Source: a virus
Lineage: Duplodnaviria; Caudoviricetes
Strand: one strand, 5' to 3'
IMG/VR virus record: IMGVR_UViG_3300030380_002075
Coordinates: 1 to 56,030 of that record
DNA: 56,030 nucleotides
Position numbers and translations under genes: made by a program. Shown here in pieces: positions 39,099-48,170 of the stretch; the stretch's first letter is position 1; each line of letters opens with the position of its first letter. The notes under the pieces are model-generated. The model worked only from the letters and a program-made list of their open reading frames with translations, was not told the origin of the DNA and made no database searches.

Positions 39099-39542
39099 CT
39101 AAACTACTGCTCTCATGCGGTTTACTAACCGATTTGCGCGGTTGGTGACCTGTTTATACCACAAACTGTCTACCATTTCGTCTGCGGCTTTTTGCCAGTC
39201 TCGGGCATCAACACCGGATTTCATGCCGACGAACTTACCCATTCTGGTTGCGCCGAGGTTAAACATCATATTAGCGATGATTAATTGAACCTCGTCAGGC
39301 AACATGTCAAAGTCTGGATACAGTCGCAAGCAGTCGTTATAAGTGATTTGAACATCGTCTTCAAACGCCTCTGCAACTCTCTCTTCGTTAATTTTTTCAC
39401 CAACATCACAACCGTACTCTGGGTCGGTATCGCGTATTAGATGGCCTATGCCGAAAGTCGGATACCCAAGATGATCCAAATACACCTCGTGTATGCAACC
39501 CTCATCGCTCTCCAATTCTATTCTTAATTGTTCTGTATTCAT
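39099..39542 (-). CDS. Endolysin, GH24 (T4-type) lysozyme
   Basis: DEG....YLD.LGYPT.GIGHL (E-D-T triad), NMMFNLG, S.WYKQV.NRA. Confidence 0.92.
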   Translation of the reverse strand: MNTEQLRIELESDEGCIHEVYLDHLGYPTFGIGHLIRDTDPEYGCDVGEKINEERVAEAFEDDVQITYNDCLRLYPDFDMLPDEVQLIIANMMFNLGATRMGKFVGMKSGVDARDWQKAADEMVDSLWYKQVTNRANRLVNRMRAVV

Positions 39543-39934
39543 TTCGTAAGTCCTTGTTTCTTTTCATAGGTACGAAGCCCACCGAGCCCGAGCATACCAA
39601 GAAGGACAGTCATCAACGAGTCCATATCGAACGTAGGGATTTCAGGTACCGGTGACCCATACCACGTAATTCCAAAAATAATGAGTGGAGCAAGCACGAA
39701 GTGATATGCCAACGCGACTCCGCAGGTCCATCCAATGAAGGGTCGCCATCCTGCGACGAAGATTGATTTATGTTTTGCTTCTTCTCTGTTGACAAGGATT
39801 TGTTGCATTGCGGCTTCGTGCGCGTGTTTTTCAGCCATTGTTGAAATTTCGTGGGCCAAAGCATTTTTTTGATCCTTGTCTTCAATAAACTTGTCTAGCA
39901 GTCCTGTTACTGGACCGATAAGTGCTTGTATCAT
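39539..39934 (-). CDS. Holin (3TM GTA-type family)
   Basis: GWRPFIGW, LLGMLGLGGLRTYEK; adjacent to lysozyme. Confidence 0.85.
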   Translation of the reverse strand: MIQALIGPVTGLLDKFIEDKDQKNALAHEISTMAEKHAHEAAMQQILVNREEAKHKSIFVAGWRPFIGWTCGVALAYHFVLAPLIIFGITWYGSPVPEIPTFDMDSLMTVLLGMLGLGGLRTYEKKQGLTK

Positions 39935-39938
39935 ACAA

Positions 39939-40145
39939 CTACCTCAAAATTTTACTGTCTTTAGCATTGACCCATTCCGGGATGCAATATGCCTGTACTT
40001 TACGCCTTGTCCAATAGTTATAACGAGTTCGGCTAACTCGTTCTGCAAAATAGTTACACCTGTTAATAGAATAAAAATACGCTTTTTTATCAGGTATGAC
40101 CGTTCCATCGGCAGTCATCACGATCAGTGCAAACACATAAATCAC
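39939..40145 (-). CDS. Small hypothetical protein
   Basis: Hydrophobic N-terminus, two Cys. Confidence 0.65.
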   Translation of the reverse strand: MIYVFALIVMTADGTVIPDKKAYFYSINRCNYFAERVSRTRYNYWTRRKVQAYCIPEWVNAKDSKILR

Positions 40146-40148
40146 TGG

Positions 40149-40463
40149 TCACTTCCTACTCATCCATGCCGTAGTGCCCATGTACGCACCGACGATACCG
40201 GCTCCTGAAATGTAGAAAAGGTTACTGATATCTGACAAAGCTTGAACTCGCTCTATGGGCACAAAAAACATTGCCGCCGTAAACGCACCCATAGCAATTA
40301 AAGTGAACCGCGCCATACGAAGTTGCGCTAAGTTTTTACGTAAAGAAGTCTCAGTTTCTTTAATAGCTTTTACGTGCGATAACTCTTCATCGCTAACAAT
40401 GCCGTCACCGTCTTCATCATATTCAGCATAGACCGATTCTTTTTGAAGTTTTTTCTGAGCCAT
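40149..40463 (-). CDS. EF-hand-like, 2-TM membrane protein
   Basis: DEDGDGIVSDEEL followed by two hydrophobic helices. Confidence 0.75.
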   Translation of the reverse strand: MAQKKLQKESVYAEYDEDGDGIVSDEELSHVKAIKETETSLRKNLAQLRMARFTLIAMGAFTAAMFFVPIERVQALSDISNLFYISGAGIVGAYMGTTAWMSRK

Positions 40464-40654
40464 TACGACATCTCTCCCTGAATCTGGTTAGTGGGTACGC
40501 ACACCACATTGTAGTTTACAAACGGCTTACCAATCTTTTGAACCATCTGCTCTCCTGCGTACAGGCACTCTATGTGCGTGGAATGTATCTCAAGAATCCT
40601 AAAATAAAATGTCATGTCTGCAACAAAGATTCCCAGCAATACCCAAGACATCAC
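40463..40654 (-). CDS. Small hypothetical protein
   Basis: Start MSWVLL inferred from ATGA overlap; two Cys. Confidence 0.6.
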   Translation of the reverse strand: MMSWVLLGIFVADMTFYFRILEIHSTHIECLYAGEQMVQKIGKPFVNYNVVCVPTNQIQGEMS

Positions 40655-41100
40655 CTTCCCTTCATAGCAATGAGAGTAAGTAAGAGCCAAATGCCACCAG
40701 CGACGGTGAGGCAACCGATAAGTACAAGAGCAGTATAAATAAGTCCGTTCTTAACGGCTTTCTTCTTAGCCAGTTTGCGAGCCTTTTCACGTTCTTCGGC
40801 CTTTCGCTTCATCTCTTTCCGGTTGCGAATAAAGGTTTGATAATCGTCCCAAAGGCCGGCGCGTCCACAGTATATGAATAACTGCTTGATTTCATACTCT
40901 TTTTTCTTGATATCCTCTAGAGCCCAAAACGCCTCCATTGATCCTTGTGCAGATTCTTTTTCTAACTCATCGTGCGCGTCGGCTAACTGAGTCAGTTGCT
41001 TTCCCATTTGGCCCACGGACGTAACGTGACCAGCTAGCTCTTTGATGCCCTTGATTGCCTGATTCGCAAGCTCGATAGCGGCGATGGCCTCAAAGATCAT
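40651..41100 (-). CDS. Coiled-coil protein with C-terminal TM helix
   Basis: 149 aa; hydrophobic C-terminus. Confidence 0.75.
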   Translation of the reverse strand: MIFEAIAAIELANQAIKGIKELAGHVTSVGQMGKQLTQLADAHDELEKESAQGSMEAFWALEDIKKKEYEIKQLFIYCGRAGLWDDYQTFIRNRKEMKRKAEEREKARKLAKKKAVKNGLIYTALVLIGCLTVAGGIWLLLTLIAMKGR

Positions 41101-41228
41101 TAGAAGATTCCCCTAAACCTCTGCGGTCTAGCTATCTTACTAAATCTTTTAACAAAGCCCCCCTTCGCCGCCTTCATTAGCGGCTTTTGAGGCTTCTTGT
41201 CTGTACTAGACTCTTTTTTTAAAGGCAT
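41100..41228 (-). CDS. 42-aa basic protein absent from the ORF track
   Basis: MPLKKESSTDKKPQKPLMKAAKGGFVKRFSKIARPQRFRGIF; TAATG coupling at both ends. Confidence 0.75.
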   Translation of the reverse strand: MPLKKESSTDKKPQKPLMKAAKGGFVKRFSKIARPQRFRGIF

Positions 41229-41425
41229 TACGTAATGCCTTTGTAGTTCCCGCCACGTTTAGCCGCGCCCATACCACGAGCTACTCCATCTGGCACGTTC
41301 ATTGGAGCCTCTGGTAGCTCCTTATCGCTGGCATAAGGAATCTTACCCTGACCCTTTATGTCTGCATAATTTTGAGGAGTTGGACCCGCACCGGGTGTGT
41401 TTGTAACAATCTTTACTCTGGACAT
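41228..41425 (-). CDS. Small protein with RGMGAAKRGG motif
   Basis: Start MSRVK just after the portal stop; RBS GAGG. Confidence 0.75.
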   Translation of the reverse strand: MSRVKIVTNTPGAGPTPQNYADIKGQGKIPYASDKELPEAPMNVPDGVARGMGAAKRGGNYKGIT

Positions 41426-41426
41426 T

Positions 41427-43844
41427 TTAATTTCCTCTCTGCTTGAGTAATTCACGTTCTCGACCTGCATCAATACGAGCCCTTGTCTGAGCCGCCTGCG
41501 CCTGCAAACGATCATAGAACTGACGATCACGCATCTGCAAGGTCTGCTGATCCAACTGTAGCTTGGCCGCATCCAACTGAGCATCTCGCTCGGCTTCCTG
41601 CGCGTCCAACTGCAACTCCTGTTGCTTCAGTTGCACCACCGGATCTGGACCTTGTCCTGATATTTGCTGAGATAGGTCTTTAACTTCTTGCATTCCCTGT
41701 GCAATGTATTGAGCCACTAAACCCTCGTACTCTATCATCCGTTGTTCCGGATTTGCCGCAGGTCCTTGTTGCGCGGTAATCTGCTCAAACTCAGCCGTAG
41801 CCCGCTCCCGAGCAGATAGCTTAACGTGTTCCATGATGTGTTTCTGAAGAGCCATCGCCACAGCAGGCATACCAGCAACCATCGGCGTTGAACCAAAAAC
41901 CAGATGCGAGATAATATGCGCTTGATGATTTTGCCCCGTGAAGGCTTGCAGTTGACCCATGTCGAGTGCATCTATATTCTCCTGTGCAGGATCCGTGGGC
42001 CCCATCTCATCCTCTGGGGGTGCCTTCATGATCCGATCTACGTCTTTCACACCTAACGCGTCGTACATGTCGCGATAGACTTCATACATATTATGTATCT
42101 CTGGCGCGGCTCCAGCTAACTGAAGTTTAGTCTGCGCCATCACAATCCGTTGCGCCTGACTGAATACGTTTGGATCCGATATTGGAACTACATCCACACG
42201 CTCATCAAAGTCGCTTGCCATGATGCTGGCGTCTTCACCTTCGACAGAGTACGGGTACTGTTGTGGCAGACTTTCACCCATCACACGAGCAAGAATCTTA
42301 AATTCTAAACGCATTGCATAGTGCAACCGCTTGTGAATAGCAGACATGACGCGGGAACCTTGCTCCAGCATCGCGATTGTCGTGCCGACAGCGGCTCCCT
42401 GATTGCCATCCCCAACTTTGAGGTCTGTAATCGTCGCAAAACGTTGTCCGGCTTCCACAACAAAGCCTAAAAGGTTAAACAAGGTTGCATCCGGGCCCTT
42501 AAACGGCAACGGCATCAAAGAATCGCGGATGGCACCACCGGGAGCGTCCACATCTCGGAACTCTCCGGGCTGTAACGGATCATCATCGTCCCTGATCCGT
42601 AGTCCGCGGGCTTTGAATCCTGCCGGTAGGTTCGATAACGTACCCGCATCTATCAACTGACGCAGTGCAGAGGTCGCGGTTCTAGACAAACCACCAATTG
42701 TGTGGATAAGTCCGAGCCCGTAAAAGGCAAAACCCGGTAAAAACTTGTAATGCACAAAATATTGGATTTTTTTGCGTAGTTCGTCGCCCTCGGCATAGTT
42801 TCTACGAATCGCGAGGATCTCTCCGGTGTCATAACTTATAGTAACGATGTACGGAATCTTGATCCCGGTCATTTCTCCTTCGCTATCGACCTCTTCAAAG
42901 CCTTCTAAGTCCAAATCTACGTGGCACTCAAGCAATGTCGCGTCATAATCAATCTGAGAAGGGGTTACACCGTCAATTCGCTGTATTTCTTCGGTAACAG
43001 AATCGCTTTTTCCCTCTCCGGGAGTCACCGGAACGTCCAAATAGAAGCCTGAAACCTGATTTTTACGCAAATCATTCAACGGCATCCGTACAACTTGCGT
43101 AATATTTGGACAAGTATCCAAATCTGCCGTCTCATAAGGCACCACGAGGTTCTCAGCAGGGACAAACTTGCTGACTGCACGGCCCATGCTCTCGTCAAAA
43201 TAGACTTTTTTGAAGGTTGAGCCCGCTAGCGGCAGATAAAACAACATTTGATCCATGTCTGGCGTGTAATCTTCCATCACATTGGTGATGTAATAGTTCA
43301 TAAACTGACGAACACGCCGTGCCTGTGCTTCCTTGTCCTTGGAATTATCCCCAATAACGGTTGTGCGAACGGGTCCCGAAGCAGGAAGTAGCTCATTGAA
43401 TGCCTGTGCTTGGAATTGTGTGGCCGCCTCGGCCAGTAATGGATGCGTTACGCCAGAAGAACCGCGGAAGGGCTGAGTGCGCTCTTCATAGTTAAAACCC
43501 AGCAGTTCCAAACCGTCTGCATAGGCGTCTTCCCACTCCTGCCTTGACGCCTTATTGGCATCAAACTCTTCCATGATCTCTGAAGCAATCCGGCCAAGCT
43601 CACGATCAGGCAGTTGCTCCGCAAGGTTTGCGTAAAAACCACCGTCTTCCATCATCTCGTCTTGAGGCTCAAAATCTACCTCGACGCCACCGTCCTCTGT
43701 CGGAGAAATCTCAATCTCACCAATGTCCTCCGCCTGAATCATCGCAAGTACATTGTTCTGTGAATCGGGAAGCTCGATCTCAATCTCGGCTTCTAAATCC
43801 TCAACATCCAGTTGAGACGGTACTTTATTCTTCTCAATAGCCAT
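41427..43844 (-). CDS. Portal protein (P22-like)
   Basis: HPLLAEAATQFQA, LPLAGSTFKKVY, YGLGLIH, RQLIDAGTLSNLP; C-terminal coiled coil. Confidence 0.92.
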   Translation of the reverse strand: MAIEKNKVPSQLDVEDLEAEIEIELPDSQNNVLAMIQAEDIGEIEISPTEDGGVEVDFEPQDEMMEDGGFYANLAEQLPDRELGRIASEIMEEFDANKASRQEWEDAYADGLELLGFNYEERTQPFRGSSGVTHPLLAEAATQFQAQAFNELLPASGPVRTTVIGDNSKDKEAQARRVRQFMNYYITNVMEDYTPDMDQMLFYLPLAGSTFKKVYFDESMGRAVSKFVPAENLVVPYETADLDTCPNITQVVRMPLNDLRKNQVSGFYLDVPVTPGEGKSDSVTEEIQRIDGVTPSQIDYDATLLECHVDLDLEGFEEVDSEGEMTGIKIPYIVTISYDTGEILAIRRNYAEGDELRKKIQYFVHYKFLPGFAFYGLGLIHTIGGLSRTATSALRQLIDAGTLSNLPAGFKARGLRIRDDDDPLQPGEFRDVDAPGGAIRDSLMPLPFKGPDATLFNLLGFVVEAGQRFATITDLKVGDGNQGAAVGTTIAMLEQGSRVMSAIHKRLHYAMRLEFKILARVMGESLPQQYPYSVEGEDASIMASDFDERVDVVPISDPNVFSQAQRIVMAQTKLQLAGAAPEIHNMYEVYRDMYDALGVKDVDRIMKAPPEDEMGPTDPAQENIDALDMGQLQAFTGQNHQAHIISHLVFGSTPMVAGMPAVAMALQKHIMEHVKLSARERATAEFEQITAQQGPAANPEQRMIEYEGLVAQYIAQGMQEVKDLSQQISGQGPDPVVQLKQQELQLDAQEAERDAQLDAAKLQLDQQTLQMRDRQFYDRLQAQAAQTRARIDAGRERELLKQRGN

Positions 43845-44916
43845 TCGTTGCTCCAGTTATAAAGGGAACGTACTGCATAATACCATTGCTCCGTGGTCCG
43901 CGGGTCATGTTCACTGCTTTGTCTTTTAAAGATACGATGCCGCCTTCCGCATACGCTTGAACCGCCGATTCGCCTTCGCCAACCATACGGGGACCCGTAA
44001 GCTTCACAGAAGTATCGGAGAAGATTTTTTCGTATGCAAAAGCAGGCGCGGCCTTTAACAAAGCGTTGAAGTCCTCTTCTGACATATCCTCGGCATTATC
44101 CGGCGTAATAATGATGTTATCGAACTCCGGTTGTGGCTTCTCTCCCACTAATGATCCGAGGGCCGAGGATATCAATCCGGGAGCCTCTTTATAGGCGTCA
44201 AACGATTCTTGTAATTCTGCTTTATCGGTATCCGATAAGTTTTGAAACTGATCGTCGGTCATGGACATCGCGCCTTTCAACGCCAGTACTCGTGCTTTAC
44301 CCAAACCACGCGGCTGAGTCACGTCAACCCCAACTTGTTTAAGAAGCTCTTGCGCTTCCTCGGCATTGCCGTAACGTTTCATACGGAAATAATCTAACGC
44401 CCTGATTGCGTTTTCTTCTTCTTTTCTTGGAAGTTTAATAATCGGGTGCATACCCTCGTGAATGGGAGTCTGACCTTTTATCGAATCACCGGCAACTTGA
44501 ATGTCACGAGGAATCCCCAGTCGTTCTGCTATTTCTGGGTTTAAAGCTCCACCTTTGATTCCGTATCTACCCTGACGATATAAAAATTCAGAGTCTTCGT
44601 AACCAAAAGGCACTTTACCGGTATACACAGCTTCGTCAATCGCACGACGTTCTAACAGGTTGCTAGGGTCTTGCTCATATTGTAAAAAGTTGTAGTAATC
44701 GAGCATGTCTTGAGTGTTTTTGTCGATTACGTTTCTTGCGGCTTGATCTGCTAAGGGAAAGCCCTGTCTATCTCCAAGAACCTCTGCTGTTTGACGACGA
44801 CGATAATCTATCGCATCGGGCAACTCGTCTGCTTTACTAACTCGTGCCTGACTTAACATCTGCTGTCTTAGATACTGCTGAAGGTTTTCTTCCGCATTAC
44901 GAACCGGATCGGCCAT
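43834..44916 (-). CDS. Hypothetical protein with HExxH motif and YAEGG peptide
   Basis: PIHEGMH...EEENA; YAEGGIVSL near the C-terminus. Confidence 0.7.
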   Translation of the reverse strand: MADPVRNAEENLQQYLRQQMLSQARVSKADELPDAIDYRRRQTAEVLGDRQGFPLADQAARNVIDKNTQDMLDYYNFLQYEQDPSNLLERRAIDEAVYTGKVPFGYEDSEFLYRQGRYGIKGGALNPEIAERLGIPRDIQVAGDSIKGQTPIHEGMHPIIKLPRKEEENAIRALDYFRMKRYGNAEEAQELLKQVGVDVTQPRGLGKARVLALKGAMSMTDDQFQNLSDTDKAELQESFDAYKEAPGLISSALGSLVGEKPQPEFDNIIITPDNAEDMSEEDFNALLKAAPAFAYEKIFSDTSVKLTGPRMVGEGESAVQAYAEGGIVSLKDKAVNMTRGPRSNGIMQYVPFITGATNGY

Positions 44917-44935
44917 ATATCACATTCCTAGAATG

Positions 44936-46408
44936 TCAATAGTACGCAACAACTTTAGCAGATTGATCCGTATCTTCCCAATCATCCGTGGGTAACTGCA
45001 CAAAATTACCCTGACGATAACGCATTAACGCCTGCGTCATGGAATCCACCAAATCATCATGCTCACCATTTGGAAAGGCCGCGACCTCCTCAACAAGTTC
45101 CTCGGCCCAAGGTTCGTCGGGGGCCCAAACCATCCCCGCCTCAAACAAAGGCGTCACAGCATGTACCCGCGAAACTTTATCGTTACCCTTAGAAGGCGTG
45201 AAGTTAACCACAGGAATCCCAGTCTGTCTCATCTCGTGCGTCAACGGCATACCAGATGCCTTAGCCTCCACGATGACGGTGTCGGGGTCCCAAAAGTTAT
45301 ACTCCTCAAACGCTATGTTTTTGAGTTCTGGAAAGTCCCATCGTCCTTTTTTAGAGTCGAGTAAGATGAGGTTTGGGGCTCCTCCTTCTTCGGGATAAAA
45401 GACGCCCCACGTCGTGATGGCCGAGTAGTCCGCCGTCTCACGCTTTGAAAACGCCGTATCATAGCTCTGAATCACAAACTGTAATTGGGGTACGGTTTCT
45501 TTCTGCCAAACGTTCCACCATTCCCGCTTGATAATCGCGCTTTCTTCACCCGTCGGATTCTGCTGATACTGAGCGTTCCACTTGCTGACAGGTATAGATG
45601 CACGGACCCTTGTCAGATCATCTAAAGACCAGAACTCAGGCCAGCACGGCTCTTCCTCTTCTTCACCAGAATTAAAAATAGCCGGTAGCTCTACAATCTC
45701 CCACTGGTCAGCAAGGGGATCCTTGGCCATCGCTCGTAGTAACTGACCCGTCATATCCTTCTCAGACCACCGGGTCTGAACCAGAACAATACTGCCTCCG
45801 GGCTGTAAACGCTGACGAGGTCCACCAGTATACCAGTCCCACGCGTCATCAAATCCAGAGTTCGACATCGCCGTCTGCTCCGAATGCGGGTCGTCAATAA
45901 TAATCAAATCACCACCGCGGCCCGCGAGGTTCGAGCCCACACCCACCGCATAGTACATACCACCCTTATTCGTATCCCATCGGCCGGATGCCTTGGAATC
46001 AGCGGCCAACTTAACCTCTGAAAAAATATCCTGATAATCATCCGACTCAATCAGGTTCTTGGTCTTACGGCCAAAATTCACAGCAAGCTCTGTCGTGTGC
46101 GTCGCCTGAATGATCTTCTTGCTCGGATTACGGCCCATGAACCACGCAGGGAAAAGATAAGACGCAAACTCAGACTTCGTGTGCCGCGGTGCCATGTTGA
46201 TTATCAGACGCTTGAGTTCGCCCCTAGCAACGCGCTCTAGTTTTTCAGCAATAATTTTATGATGCCGCCCTGCAATGAACTCGGGCCAGACATGCCTGAC
46301 AAACGACAAAAAATTATTTTGGCACTTTTCAGTCTTCTCTAATTGAGCAAGTCGCAGACGCAACTTGAGTTCCTTATCAGAGAGCAATTCTAGGTGTTGT
46401 GAATCCAT
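44936..46408 (-). CDS. terL: Terminase large subunit
   Basis: INMAPRHTKS Walker A, IIIDDP Walker B, QTRW, YQQNP, SYDTA, HDDLVDS. Confidence 0.95.
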   Translation of the reverse strand: MDSQHLELLSDKELKLRLRLAQLEKTEKCQNNFLSFVRHVWPEFIAGRHHKIIAEKLERVARGELKRLIINMAPRHTKSEFASYLFPAWFMGRNPSKKIIQATHTTELAVNFGRKTKNLIESDDYQDIFSEVKLAADSKASGRWDTNKGGMYYAVGVGSNLAGRGGDLIIIDDPHSEQTAMSNSGFDDAWDWYTGGPRQRLQPGGSIVLVQTRWSEKDMTGQLLRAMAKDPLADQWEIVELPAIFNSGEEEEEPCWPEFWSLDDLTRVRASIPVSKWNAQYQQNPTGEESAIIKREWWNVWQKETVPQLQFVIQSYDTAFSKRETADYSAITTWGVFYPEEGGAPNLILLDSKKGRWDFPELKNIAFEEYNFWDPDTVIVEAKASGMPLTHEMRQTGIPVVNFTPSKGNDKVSRVHAVTPLFEAGMVWAPDEPWAEELVEEVAAFPNGEHDDLVDSMTQALMRYRQGNFVQLPTDDWEDTDQSAKVVAYY

Positions 46409-46620
46409 ATCGGGGGACCCTAACGTATGCGATTTTATAAGTAAATATACGGTAGTTAGCGACTATATCATTTTTCTGGTGAATATTTGTGAAAAACATG
46501 GCCCTTGTAGCCGTGCCGCGACCGCCCGTCCTAGGCCGCCGGATCGCGCTCGATCTGCCAATTTTTCCGGTTTAGCCTCGATTGGCAGGGGGACCCGAAA
46601 CCACGGACCACGGCCCACGA

Positions 46621-46744
46621 TTATCCACAGACGGCCAGACTTGACCTGTGGATAACTTTCGATTTTATCCACAAGGTTAAGTGGTTGAAAGTATGGGAAA
46701 AACGCAACCCCAGGTCCGCATCGCTGCAACTAGTTTTATCCACA
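46621..46744. promoter_or_regulatory. Cluster of four consensus DnaA boxes
   Basis: TTATCCACA at 46621, 46665 and 46736; TGTGGATAA at 46647. Confidence 0.8.
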
Positions 46745-46790
46745 GAAAAACGCGCATAGATTCGTTGCCTTGGTAACTGCCGGTCACGCG

Positions 46791-46907
46791 CCCCGATCCG
46801 CTGGCCACGATCCCCGATCCGGTGCGCTCGGTGTACGTTAAATTTTGACGTACAAGAAACATACAACCACGCGCCACGATCCCCGATCCGCTCCGATCCG
46901 GTGCGCT
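46791..46907. repeat. GATC-rich direct repeats flanking a palindrome
   Basis: GCCACGATCCCCGATCCG at 46804 and 46873; TGTACGT-N9-ACGTACA at 46832-46854. Confidence 0.85.
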
Positions 46908-46997
46908 AACCACTGGCCAGTTATTCGCGGTGCAGGGATCGCCATACGTTTCGCAGGGAGTCCGTTCGACGGCTCGCGGCTTGATTATCTACCGGCG

Positions 46998-47022
46998 AAA
47001 AAAAGCCGGCACAGGGCCGGCT
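46998..47022 (-). terminator. Intrinsic terminator
   Basis: AGCCGGC-CCTGT-GCCGGCT followed by a T run. Confidence 0.8.
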
Positions 47023-47039
47023 CGATTGGTTGGGGCTGG

Positions 47040-47213
47040 TTAGTCGTCGCGGGTAAGCATAGCGGATTGGTGCGCGTCTACGTATCTCGCCAGTCGCACT
47101 AAATCGTCCACGGCGTCGCGTTTCGCAATGTCGCCCGCATCGGGATTCTGCAAAACCTCGCAGTAGATACGAACCGCACTAACCCACGTTGGCGTCAAGT
47201 TAACCGCGCTCAT
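47040..47213 (-). CDS. 57-aa hypothetical protein absent from the ORF track
   Basis: MSAVNLTPTWVSAVRIYCEVLQNPDA...; ATGA overlap upstream, terminator downstream. Confidence 0.75.
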   Translation of the reverse strand: MSAVNLTPTWVSAVRIYCEVLQNPDAGDIAKRDAVDDLVRLARYVDAHQSAMLTRDD

Positions 47214-47560
47214 ACTGTCACCACTGGAGCATCGGTTAGGCGTTGAGTGACGATGTCGAAATACACCCGCTCAAACTCGCCGATCTCGACGACGTCACGG
47301 CCGATAATTAACACTGGCTCGAAATTGCGTTGGGCGAACCTGTACCCGATCCCGTAGAAGTTCAAAACGCCGTTAAGCCGCTCCCGTGTGGTCACAGTGG
47401 GCCAACCTGCCAGAGTTAACGCTATTATGTCCCCCTCACACTTGCAGGCTATCTCGTTACCGTGCAGGTAAATCTCGAAGCCGTTAGTGGACGTATTGCC
47501 ACTGGTCAGACTGTCGCCCCGCGCCCAAGCTTCAACAATGTTTCTAGTAACTTTTCTCAT
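47210..47560 (-). CDS. Conserved early phage protein
   Basis: YLHGNEIA..GWPTVTTRERLNGVL. Confidence 0.8.
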   Translation of the reverse strand: MRKVTRNIVEAWARGDSLTSGNTSTNGFEIYLHGNEIACKCEGDIIALTLAGWPTVTTRERLNGVLNFYGIGYRFAQRNFEPVLIIGRDVVEIGEFERVYFDIVTQRLTDAPVVTV

Positions 47561-47564
47561 GGTT

Positions 47565-47669
47565 TCTATTCCCTATAAGTTGCCGGCCGTTGTTGGCCAG
47601 TCGTGAGTATATAAGAGGTTATGCGAGAAACGCAATAAAAAGGCCGGCGGGATCGCTCCGGCCGGCCTT
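47565..47669 (-). promoter_or_regulatory. Terminator + promoter + leader cassette junction
   Basis: GC hairpin with T run, then TTGCGT..TCGCATA..TATACT, then GGCC hairpin; homologous to 48171-48270. Confidence 0.7.
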
Positions 47670-47684
47670 AAGTTTCTAGATTAA

Positions 47685-48164
47685 TTAAACGCTATCAAAC
47701 GTTAACCGAATGTCGCCGTCGTTTATCATCTCGCGCACCACGTCCCGAACCGCCGTATCAAACTGGCTATCCGAGATAGCCTCAGTGATCCGATCATTTA
47801 TGGCGTCGTCGTCAAGAAAATCCATATCATCAACGGTGTTTCTGACAACATCCTCGACGGCGCTCTCAAAAGAGCGTGAACTGGTAAACGCGTCGTCCAT
47901 CGCTTCTTCCAGCATCGACGTAAAAGCCGACAGTATTTCGGGTTCAATCAATGCAAATATACCCGCCGTGACCTTCTGATTTTTTTCGAGGTAATCGTCG
48001 GCACGTTTCCGCTCCCGTTCAACCTCGATCTCAGACACTCGCAGTTTGTTCGTGAGTTTATCCAGTTCAACGCGTAGATCGTCCGGCGTGAACTCGGCCT
48101 TCATCGGCTCAACGTTATCCACGTTATCCACGTTGGTCTCAGTGTTTTGGTTTAAATCAGTCAT
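47685..48164 (-). CDS. Acidic early protein
   Basis: Start MTDLN after GGGAG; about 41 D/E vs about 17 K/R in 159 aa. Confidence 0.8.
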   Translation of the reverse strand: MTDLNQNTETNVDNVDNVEPMKAEFTPDDLRVELDKLTNKLRVSEIEVERERKRADDYLEKNQKVTAGIFALIEPEILSAFTSMLEEAMDDAFTSSRSFESAVEDVVRNTVDDMDFLDDDAINDRITEAISDSQFDTAVRDVVREMINDGDIRLTFDSV

Positions 48165-48170
48165 GTTAAA

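Noticed and set aside
41426-41584. N-terminal extension of ORF 41228-41584, and similar extensions at 7376, 48236, 49597, 54807 and 55611
   Set aside because: They overlap other genes or promoters; downstream ATGs have clear RBSs
46365-47102. Short ORFs listed across the DnaA-box region
   Set aside because: They overlap in several frames, lack an RBS and have repeat-driven composition; the region is better read as non-coding
48115-48132. TTATCCACG twice as extra DnaA boxes
   Set aside because: One mismatch each, and explained by the coding repeat NVDNVDNV
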